Shown here in pieces: positions 27,601-38,387 of a stretch of DNA of 64,000 nt. A program made the translations under genes and the position numbers. This stretch comes from Geosiphon pyriformis uo1 (lineage: Eukaryota > Fungi > Glomeromycota): contig JAAOMT010000040.1 of assembly GCA_016748015.1 (NCBI GenBank), positions 558,001 through 622,000 of the forward strand, given 5' to 3'. The notes below the pieces were generated by a model, which saw only the letters and a list, made by a program, of their open reading frames with translations, ran no database searches and was not told the origin of the DNA. Numbering within the stretch: the first letter of the stretch is position 1; every line of letters begins with the position of its first letter.

Positions 27601-30600
27601 AGTTTTTAATTATTTATTTGTGTACACAAAATATTTGGAAATTAAAAAAACTATTTTACATAAGCAATTAATTCTGTAAAAATTTTTGGTAAATGTTAAA
27701 ATTAATTTGTTTTTAGTATTTTAGTTTTTATATATTAATATTAATAACCAGTTTTATATAACTATTTGTAAAATATTTGTGGCTAAAAGTTGGTTTAAAA
27801 AATTATAAAATTTTTTAGAAATGTTAAAGTAACAAAATTTAAGCTGGTCAATTTTTATTAAAATTTAATTTTTAAACATAAAAAAAATTTGTATTTTTAA
27901 TATTAAGTTAAAAATAGAATATAAAAAAAAGCTTGATTGGTCTTGTTAATTTAGTATTTAATAATGTATAAAATTCTGTAATTGCATTTTCTAATAAGTA
28001 TGTATAAAAAATAAACGTTTTTAAAAACCAATTAATTTGTTTTAGTTTTAAAGATAGTTACTTATTTTTTTCAGATTAGCCAGAAATGTTTAGTTATATC
28101 AAGTATAAAATATAGCTAAGTAACTATTATGTATAAAAAGTACATAAACTATATTTAACTTATGTAAAGCTTATATTTAGATACAAAATAAGTTAAATAG
28201 GTAACCATATAAACATTCAATTTATATATTTTTAATCTCAATAAATTTTTTTTAACATAATGTTAAATAAATTTAAAGCTATACAATACTTGTTTGGTTT
28301 TTTTGATGAGTTGAAATAAACAAATTTTTGTATTATATTCAATATATAAATTTGAATTGAATATGAGACATGTTTTTTATATTTGTTCACAATTAATAAT
28401 GTTTTATTATATAATTTTTCTATTTTAAAGTACTTATCGTTTAACAGAGTACCTAATAAATATTAATTAATTTTTAAGTTTACACATTATTGTAGTTTTT
28501 TATATAATATTAATTATGTTAAAAATACTGCGATAATTTATTTTCAATTAAAAAAACTAAAGATGAGCTATAAAATTATTCTGCTTTTGAAACAAAAAGT
28601 ATTTTTAATTAATTAAAAACTTGCTTGTTTTAGTTCAAAATAAAAACCATGGTATTATGATTTTTAAATTAAAATATGATATGAATCAAACAAAAAATTT
28701 TTTATATTAAATAATCAGCAATAAAATTAATAATAAAAAAGATGCTATGTTAAAACAATATAAGTTAGACAAAAAACTCCAACAGCAAAAATTAAAAATT
28801 AAATCAAAGATGTAATTATAAATGCAGTTGAACATTTTACTATGGAAAAGTTATTTGCAAGAAAATTGCTGCCAAAATTGTAAAACAGAATAAAGATTCC
28901 AAATAATAAAGGTGAAACTGCTACAGAAAAATTGACAAAAAAATAATACGACTTAAAGTTAATAAAGGCAGTAAAAACTTTATATTAATTAGATAAAAAA
29001 AATCATTAGAAGTTAAACTAGCAGAAACAAAATGATTTAAACTATTGTATAGTTACTGAAATTTTGGTATAAAAAATAAAGTGCTGGAAATACTTGCTGA
29101 ACCACCAAAAAGTATAAAAACATTTTTCTGAATAGTATAAATAAGACAAAAATATTTGAAATTGAAGATTTTGCATAAAATTACTCGACAGAGTACGCTT
29201 TAAAGCTATCTAAACTAGCCAGAGAATGTATAGTTTAGGATAATATTACAAATAGCTCATTTCCAAACTTAAAAAATGGAGTGAAAACTTTGAAAATTAC
29301 AAAACTCATTACCCTTTTAAAAACAGCGAGAAAAGATTTAAAATGTGTAAACTGTCTTTTAACCATAAAAAAAAACTTTTTTTTATACATTAAATAAACA
29401 TAAAGGATATTTAAATAAACAACTTTCTCAAGCAATTCAGAAATCTTTAAATGAACTGTACTGAAATATTTTACCAAAACACTATTAATTAAATAAGAGT
29501 AAAAAAATTTATTATAAATCTTTTAAATAATATTTCAAATTTTTAGTTCGGTTTGTTTAATAATATTCGGTATTTTATTTTTCTGTAAAATAAATACAAA
29601 AAATAATTATAATATTATATTTAAAGCATTATTTAAAAAAGTCTTATGTAATAAAAAATCATATATTATTTTTTTTACAAATTATATTGAAAAATTTTCA
29701 AGCAAAATAAAAATTGTTAAAAAATGTAATATTAATAAGTATTATTATATTTGTAAAATAAGAAGTAAAAAATATAATTCAAGAAATTAGCTAAAAATTA
29801 CTATAAATCAATATATCAAGCAATTTGTAAAACATTAACAAATAATTTAATTAGCAAACTATTTTAAAGAATTTTATTGCTTGTAATTAAACACAAAAAA
29901 TCAAATAAGTTTAAAAAGATTTACTAAGAATAATTAGTTGTAAATCTTTTTTTCTAAACACAATTATTTAACAATATAATATACTTTTTAACAAAATTAA
30001 AATTGAATAAAATAAATAATTTTAAATTCAAAAAGCAAAAAATCATGATTAAAACTGTCAATTTAACTATATAAATTTAAAACCAATTATTTATAAAAAA
30101 ATTTAACATTTAGAAAATAATAAATTAATAAAACCAATTTTGGTATTTATAAGATTCTTTAGCTTAATAATTTCTTTACTTTGGCTGTCATATAAACAAT
30201 CATTTGAAATTAATTGTATTAAACATTATTACAAAACCTTTCATCAAAAATAAATAAAATATTACCATCTTTAATATTGAAACCAAAAAAAGGATGTTTC
30301 CAATAAATTGCTCTAATTGAGTTTTTCAAAAAACAACAATTAAGAAACTTATCAGTTAATTTTGAAGCAAAGTAATTACCAATTATCTTTTTTAAACATT
30401 CCTTAATTCTGATAATAAAGAATTTTATTCATTTTATCATGTTGATGTAAATTTATCAAAGAAATTCCCAAATTCGAAGTTTTTGTCAGAGATTCGACTT
30501 TTTACAGCCAAATAAATTGTGACTGAGCGTTTGATACCGAAAGTGGGGAAACAAAAAACTTCTAGGAAATATTTATCTGGAGAAAAAAGCTTCTCACCAA

Positions 30601-31591
30601 AGTCTCTGATAAACCAGAAGTATAGCAAAATCTCAAAAGCAAGAATCTTATTTAATTTAATTGTGAACTAACTTAATTTTGCTTTGCTATTGTGAGTTTT
30701 AGGGATATACTTGAATTACACACCTAACATTGTTTGGCAAGCCTAATGTTATTCCTTTTTGCAGATCCCCAACTTTAAGAAATTTTGGCACAAGACCAGT
30801 TTGCCGCTTCAATTGAACATTACATCACATCACATTACATATTTATACTTCCATCTCCTTTCATCATAAGATTCGCTTCACTTTAAAGTATTCATGACAG
30901 AATATTTAATCCAAATAATCTTTCCTCTTTACAGCTATTGCTCCGATATTCTTGATCTATCTCAAATCTTATATAATGAGTATTCGATTATCAAATATCG
31001 TTTCTAATGAAATTCATTTGTTTGGTTATTGGGTTTTGACGCCTTCAAAGGATTTTATGGACTTGATTTTTAATATTGTATCACATTTTTCTTTCCAAGG
31101 AAACTTTTAACATCTTATGTTGTGATCATGATTCCACAAAATGAGGAAATTGGATTTAGAATTCAAGGTCCACAAAAGGGAGTAACTCGTTAACCCATTG
31201 TGATGTTCGGACTGTAGTAAATGCATTAAATTCAAATAATATGTAAGCTTGAAGAGAAATAAATATCTTTATTCAAATACAATTCTGTGTTTTTGATAAT
31301 TTTCTAAATTCTATCGGTTAATTATATAGCGAAAGATATTTTAAATTTGAAAATTTTACTAGGAGAGATTTCAATAATTTATACTTATTATAGTGGATTA
31401 GTGAAGGTGAGGCTTGAATCCCTTTTTCCGAACAAAATTTCTTCTGCCTTATTAGAATTTAATGACTGTTCAACGAATTTGATAAATTGTCTCCACTGCA
31501 AAGTTGAAAAATTTGAAATCAACCTTTATGAATGGATTGTAAAACATTAATAATAGGCAATACTAAGCATTGCTATGTAACGCCTACCTGA

Positions 31592-33134
31592 TCACTGTAG
31601 GACCAAGGCTCCATCAAGCAATGCCCAGAGGAAGATCCCCCGAGCGCAATTTTCATCTCTATCATAATCCCACAATTCCGGCAGTTGTACACTTTGTACC
31701 CTCCGATTCTTTGGATGTTGCCAAACTAACTACAAGTCTTAGATGTGTAAGCTTCTTTCTAATTAATAACACAGACCTCTAATACCTCAGCTTTGCTGAT
31801 CAGGGGTTATCGAAAGCGATAATGCGCCCAACAAAGGATTTTCCGGACAGTTTTTCCTGTAATCTTTCTTTCTTGCGATTCACCATGTCCGACACTTAAA
31901 AAGGAAGAATGACAATTGCATCGAATTTACGGATAAAGAATCTAATTGATTTCCTGTGAATTACACTTTGCAGATGTATAACTTTTCGCCGCTTCCGAAA
32001 ATCACTTTATGGAGTCGCCAGGCCATTTTATTCTTACGTTTTAAGGAGGATGCATATGAGATCATCCAAGTACTTGGAAATGCGATTTATACGTCCATTA
32101 TAATGTTCGTCAATCTTGTCTACACCTTTTGTGGGAGAGTACTATGTAAAAGGTGCACGAACGCCAGAATCAATAGAGCTTGCATGAACAGAGCCATCCG
32201 CTTGGGATTTACAGAATTTTTGCGTCTCATATACACAAGCAAACTTCCATTCATTAATTTTGCGAGAGTACGTGAGGTTGCATCTTGTGAGGAACGGGCC
32301 ACCTATTATTATGCCTCTTTTTTTCGAATGAAGAGGCCAAAAAGCACGCTTATCAATATCCAGAATGGTGATAGGCTTATAAAGGTCGATTTCAAATAAT
32401 TCTGTGGACTGTTTGTCGCAGATCTTTTTGATATCGAAATGATAGAAAGTGTGCTGATAGACCTTCCCGATTCCCATTACGCTTGATTACTTCTTCCCTA
32501 GCAATCAATGCTTCATCGATTGCCTCCACAATTATATATTCACGGACGCTTTACAGTGCATAGCCCCAAGAGACACACAACAGTTTGCATAAATCTGTCC
32601 TTGCCCCATATTGCAGTTTTTTGGGTTTCTCGTCTCGGTGTTCATTAACGTCTTTTCCTGCCCGAACATCTGTGTAAATAGTGTACGGGTGAGAGTTTTT
32701 TCCATCTTCTGATGTTTGCGACGAGCTGCTGTCGCTTATCCCTTGCGTTTTTCGCCTGTTCTGGCCTTCTCGTCGATAGCTGGCAGCTCTCTTTCCCTGG
32801 ATGTGGGAGATAAAGACTGGGTTGATGGCAACAAGGTCTTGGAAAAGTTCATGCTCGTCGGAGGTCAAATCGTCGAAGAGAACCACGAGTTTTGCAGGAT
32901 GGAGGAAAAAGATATATTGGCAAAGTCTATTACGGCAGGTGACCGCAATTTCCATTCCGTGCCTTGTTCGTTCCAATAGGGTCTTAAGTCTCGATTGTTT
33001 GAAATTAATACCTGACCCGATATCGTTGAGGGGTTTGTAGATTGGAAATCGAGAGAGGAGGAGTTATTTTGTCGCTCGAGATCTTTCTGCTTTACACTAG
33101 AGAATGAGAATAGAGGTGGTGGTGGTATCAGCAT
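31592..33134 (-). pseudogene. tnpB: Fanzor2 / IS607-type TnpB RNA-guided endonuclease, degraded
   Basis: N-term 'LRPYWNEQ...NSWFSS'; 'EAIDEALIAREE...FLSFRYQK'; RuvC-I 'SIDSGVRAPFT*YSP' (D at 32169-71; cf. DPGVRTFxTxYSP); 'IHRKSIRFFIRKFDAIVILPF*VSDMV'; 'TVRKILCWAHYRFR'; shifted RuvC-II 'EAYTSKTC' (E at 31753-55); zinc finger 'CS*FG...YNCRNCG'; RuvC-III 'DRDENCARGIFL' (31655-63); stop at 31592-94. Several stops and frameshifts. Confidence 0.9.
32720..33115 (-). pseudogene. tnpA: IS607-family serine recombinase TnpA, degraded, overlapping the Fanzor N-terminus in another frame
   Basis: 'YS(H/R)-SSVKQKDLERQ' (cf. YARVSS.KQK.DLERQ; 1-nt deletion, ~33070-33112), then 'DIGSGINFKQSRLKTLLER...EIAVTCRNRLC' (33024 downward; cf. 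DIGSGLNFKR.GL..LL...V...DRL) and 'KLVVLFDDLTSDEHELFQDLVAI..VF...IQGKRA' (cf. EQELxEDLxxIxxxFSxRxYGxR). No N-terminal MerR-type HTH is visible. Confidence 0.85.
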
Positions 33135-33198
33135 TTTGAGAATTAGCTCAAATAATTGTAATTTTACAAATAGTGCTGCGCAGCTTCATGATCTTCTA

Positions 33199-33360
33199 TG
33201 ACGAATTCATGCATGATGCATCATGCATCATGATTCATTCGTCACACTGGTATAAAAATAAATTTTTGTGGTCAAAAAAATTACCCTAAAAGAATGATTT
33301 ATTCGTTACACTGGTATAGAAGATAAAATTTTTGCGGTCAAAAAAAATTACTCTAAAAGA
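33199..33360. repeat. Perfect 20-bp palindrome plus two ~65-bp direct repeats upstream of tnpA
   Basis: ATGCATGATGCATCATGCAT (33209-33228) lies inside TGACGAAT...ATTCGTCA. Repeats ATGATT(C/T)ATTCGT(C/T)ACACTGGTATA...GGTCAAAAAAATTAC(C/T)CTAAAAGA at ~33230 and ~33293. Confidence 0.85.
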
Positions 33361-36300
33361 AAGACTAAACAAAATAAGACTGAATAAAAGGACAAAGAAA
33401 CACATTATTTGTTACAAAGGCAGAAGCAAACATTCCAGAGCTCATTAATTTGATGAAGTCATAAAGCAGAAAATTGAGTCAGGGATCTGAAGAAAGCTTG
33501 CTAGTGACGACATTTAAGCCCTACAAATTTATCCTTGGTATGTTTCCTTTGCGGGAATTTGAGGAACTGTAATGCTGGAACATGGTGTTTTCTCGTTCCT
33601 TTATCATATCATAGAATATTCAAAACACACTAAATCAATACAAAGCGTCATTTTCCGATCCTAAAACTGACTGGCATATTATATGCTGTGCATGTATCAC
33701 TCTGTCCAAAAAATTTTCGCTTTCTCTCAATTCACAAAAAAATTTATTGTAAATATTTTCTTTTAATCTACATCCAGTCTGCGATTTGAACCCATATATT
33801 GTTTTCTATATAAGCTCACAAGTGCGAAAATTTGCTTACCCAGAAATTAAGTCATCTATGGACTTTTCATTTACACTTACCCCCATTTTATTTTATAGCC
33901 TTTGCGTACTTTATAAAACTTTCTTTGATCTCATCTCACTTTAACATTTTTAATCTGTGCACTATGACAATTTTACCAGTACTGCAGAAAAAAGAATAAA
34001 TTTGTAGGAAGAAACTGGCCAAATCGCTTTTCGCTGAAAAGAAATTTCCACGGCATTTCGTCGATCGCTTTGAAACTCATGGATGGAAGCTTTTTGTTTT
34101 TTTGACATCCATACACAATTTATTTCCAGTGAACGTCAACACTGGTCGATATTGCTGTTAAATCTGCAATCTCGACTCCAACGGGCAAAATCAACACTTT
34201 TTTTGCTGGTTTAAGAAATCTTTTTCTCTGCTCAGTGTGTGTTAATTTCACACTCGGATGCTCGTCACTGTGTTTTTTCTATTCTCGCTTCATTGCGGGA
34301 TAAAAGAAAACTATTTTTTTAATTATAGGCCTTTTTTTAGTTTTTTATTAAATTTGTGATGAGATGAAAAATCCTTGGATCAATTTGCCCCTAGAATTTC
34401 TATCCCTGGGCGGGACTTTTCGGGTATGATTTCTTGCTTAAAAGAATGGGGACGGACTGTATTTAATTTTTATTTTTATACTATCTGAGTATTATTGCAT
34501 ATACAACTTGAAAGACGTAAATAAAACATATTTGCTTATTAGTATTAAATAAAAAATATTGATGAATGAGGTAATGACGCAATATTTGCCTCAAATAATA
34601 CCATTCTTCATTCTAAAAAATTAAAAGACAAATAAACTCAAATTGACACTAGGTGTAAGACTCCAAGATTTTTTGACCCTTCTTTTCATAATCAAAGCCT
34701 TTTTCATGCAAGAATAATGAAATTGGGAGCTTTCGTCAAATCAAACACTGAGTAAACCCATTCTGACTTTTCTTGAAACTCAAATACCTTCTTCGGCAAA
34801 AAAAAAGTTGATTTTGAATACCGATCAACCGTCAAAAGACTTTAGCTTTGTTACTGCTGATAAAAGATCCATCTTTAAAAAAACAAACTTCTCTAGCTTT
34901 TAGATGTTCATTAATTATAAGATTAAATTCTCATTTAAGCTCGCTTTTTAACTATTTTAATCATAAATATTATATAAATAGGGCCACTTTGATAAACTCA
35001 AAGGGATTAAAATAAATATAATAATATTATTATTTAAGACAACTCAGGATGTAACAGATATTTTTACTCATTTTGGGCAAAGTTACAAAAATCAATTATA
35101 ATCAATTCAAATTATTCAATTTTAAATGAAAGAAAGATTTTTTTTTCCAAATGAGTGTTTTACATCTATTTTAAATATTTTTCAGAATATTTTGTGATTA
35201 AATAATCAGCTTTTTAATGATCTAATTTAAAAATTTAATAAAACTATTTTTAATTACAATCCACCATTTTGTATTATCTTTATCAAATACAATTAAATAT
35301 TTAATTGTTAAAATGTTCCAATTTAGATTACATGATATAATTTAACATTTTAGTAATGTTTTTGTCAATTTCAAATTTGAAATAATCTTTGAAAGAATTT
35401 CAATTTCAATTGAATGGACTTGTTGTTAATTATTATTAAATTTCTTATTCATTATAAAATTTTTAATAAGGTTGATAAAATGCTAAAATTGTTTTATTTT
35501 TAATTATTAATATTAATTTTATTATTATTTCAATAGAATTTACTTATTAATTATTTTTAAAAAAAATACTTTAATATTAGATTTTGAGTAAAAATGAGTT
35601 TAAGAAATATATAATTAAATTTATTAATTAAAATTTGAAGTTGAAAATATCTTAATTTTAATATTTTATATTGTATTATTAACTATTTAACAAATCAAAT
35701 AATAATTATGACCACCGATATTTTTGGAAACAGAAAATTTAACACCTAAATATTATCAATATATTGTTACAAATTAATAATAAAACTTACAAAATAAATA
35801 TTGTTAAATAATAGATATATATATTTTAATAAAAAAATTGGAATAATAACAATAAAAAATCAAATAAATATTTTGTTTTAAAAAGTATAATTTTTAAGAT
35901 TAAAACACGTTGTACAATAATTTAAAAATCAAATATAAATAATAATAAATAAAAAGTAGCATTAATATTATATGACTTAATTAATTTTTTTTTATTTTTA
36001 AAGCTTTAATTTTTGTTTAATGTTTAATGTTTAATAAAACTTTTGCGAGTTTTTTATTAAGTAAAAGGGAGCATTTTAACAAATGAAGATATTGTGGCAA
36101 AGTCAATAATTTGTAATGGGTTGTGATAATAAAATATAAAAAATGTCATTTATTCAAGTGAGAAAATAACATATTTTTAAAGATTTGGGTTTTAAAAAAA
36201 TTTTATAATTAAATTCAAGTCAAAATTATTTAATAATTAATTAATAGTTTAAAAAATTCTGAAAATGAAATTTTTTTTTTATGTATTATTTTAATAAAAA

Positions 36301-36366
36301 TTAATTCAGTGTTTTTATGCTATTATTTTTATTGTATTGTTATATATTAAATTTTTTATGTAGCAA

Positions 36367-36404
<38 letters not shown>

Positions 36405-36765
36405 CTATTTATTAACTTGATTATTGAATTTTTATTAGTTATATAAACAAAATTTTTTAAAGCTTTAAAAAATATATTTTACACAGTAGAACAATTCAAA
36501 TCAAAAAGCAATTTAAACAATATTTTTTAAATATTAATAAAAACAATTTTTAATGTGATTTGTGATAAAAAAAGTTTCTTAAATTTTTAGCTGTTGAAAT
36601 ATATTAAAAAATATTAAGTTATTTATTCTATTTATTAAAAAAAAAAAGATTTTCACATTTGAAAAAAAGTATAAATGATTTGATTTATTTAAAAAAATAT
36701 TTATCATTTGAATAATAATAAAAATTATTTATCAATACCAAAGTAGGACTATTTTTGATTGAAAA

Positions 36766-38387
36766 ACCTTCAGACAGTAGAAGCAGTTGGACTCACGTGG
36801 TCTAGTTTCTGCCTGGTTTGAGCTTTCTGTTCAATTTCTTGGTGGTGTGTCTTCTCTTTTTGTCTGTTCCTCACCTTTGAACAATGACAGCTCTTCAGAT
36901 ATTTTTCAGTCTCGTGAGTTTGGTGCTATTAGTGCCAATTTGTTGTGTTTTAATGTTGATCACCTTTCTGTGTATATGGATGAATCTTTGAGTGGTTTGG
37001 GGACTGTTAATATAAAAGCTGGGGCTGCTGTTTTCTTTAAGAATATTGGTATGAATTTGGATATGAAAATGTCTGGTTTGATGTCTTCTATCTTAACAGA
37101 GTTGTAGGCCATTGCTTTAGCTCTTGAGTGTGTTTTTCCTTCTTACTCAATTGACTTGTTTTTAGACAGTCAAGCTGTTTTGGACACTTGCAAATTGGAA
37201 TTGGATTTGGTTCATTTGGATTTTAGAAATTGGTATTGGATTGAATGTTGTCACATTGTAAACATCATTCATCATAAAAATTTGAATGTTAATTGGTATA
37301 AGATCAAAGATTATTTGAGTGTTTTAGACAATAAGTGTGTGGATGAGTTGACCAGAGCTACGGCTTTCTATAGTTGGCATCTGCCCCATTCTATCAATAA
37401 ATGCTATCTTAGGGTTGGTGGTGCTGTCATTTCTGGTAATTCTAGACATTTTTTTTGGGATGTTTTTTGGTCAGTTCATCGTGCACATTGGAAAATTGGT
37501 TCTGGTTTACAAGTGGTGATGGATAGTCTGCATGCAGATATTAATTGGTTCAGATTATTGCTGGTATGGCATCCAAATTTTTACATGGCTGCTGGCTTTA
37601 CTAGCAAGTGGGTTGCTGGTTTTTGGACATATTTTATAAAGGCATTGTACCATCAGCTCTCTATTGCCATGTGTAAACAGCTTTATGATAAGAGTTACCC
37701 TAGTGTGGTGTGTTTGTTTTGTGGTGATGTCAAAGTCTCGGACCATGCTTTTTCTTGTTTGTTTAATGCTGATAATTATGCTTGGTTGTTAGACACTTAT
37801 GTATCAGCTTGGGGAGTGTGATCTGGTCTGGGTCATTCTTCTTCAGGTGTCTCACAGCTGTTGTTCACTTGTGTGTCTAACATTTTGGTTAGCATTGCTC
37901 TGTGCAAGAGTTTTGTTTTCAAGGATTGGTTTTATGAGTCTGTTTCTGTTTTCAAGAATTCCAAAATGGCAAATCAAAACATTGTGGCCTTTGTGCATGA
38001 ATTTAGTCTTGCTTTTTAGGTAGATATTTGGTTGGTTCATGCCAAGCACTGTGTTTTTATGGAAAAAAATAGACTTATTTCTCATGATAAATCTGTTTTT
38101 ATATCAATTTCTGGGCTTCTTTCAGTGCTGTCAGCTGGCATGATTGGGTTACTGGGTGTAACAGAGGTGATTGGTGTTGGTTTCAGTTTTTGTAAGTTTT
38201 GTTTGTTTTTTTCAGGCATAGGTAATGTAGTTTCTGTTCATATAGGTATATAGTGTTGTTCTGATTGGTTTGAGTGGCTAGTCACGTGTAGAAAGTGCAT
38301 GATTTACACCTAGTTTAGATCATTTGTATAATGTATTGCACTAGGCAGTGTTTGGACTTCACTTGTTAAATGTTAATAAAAAAAAAA
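36766..38387 (+). mobile_element. 5'-truncated, less-mutated LINE copy (RNase H + C-terminal CCHC + 3' UTR + A-tail)
   Basis: ORFs 36787-37107, 37156-37821 and 38032-38253 form one frame broken by stops: 'SVYMDES', 'TEL*AIALAL', 'FLDSQA', 'DNKCVDELTR' (RNase H D-E-D-D), 'CLFCGDVKVSDHAFSC'. AATAAAAAAAAAA at ~38375. Same family as copies A and B. Confidence 0.9.

Larger units (their letters stand above)
31550..33360 (-). mobile_element. IS607-like TnpA+Fanzor2 element (boundaries approximate)
   Basis: tnpA and tnpB in canonical order with overlap; GC-richer and CpG-rich relative to flanks; hairpin just after the stop; palindrome and direct repeats upstream of tnpA. No TSD found, and none is expected for IS607. 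Confidence 0.75.

Noticed and set aside
26470-30430. Additional degenerate element (coding-like stretch ~28650-29450)
   Set aside because: CpG-depleted and probably TE-derived, but I could not identify termini or diagnostic motifs.
425-30628. Many short F/L/I/K/N-rich ORFs in the ORF track
   Set aside because: They are chance ORFs or fragments of hypermutated TE frames in extremely AT-rich DNA, not independent genes.
31956-33040. Plus-strand ORFs (147, 87 and 79 aa) as genes
   Set aside because: They are antisense shadows of the minus-strand Fanzor/TnpA frames and carry no motifs.
31592-33134. Functional Fanzor nuclease or a Cas12 locus
   Set aside because: Multiple in-frame stops, frameshifts and deletions, and no CRISPR array; only a relic is supportable.
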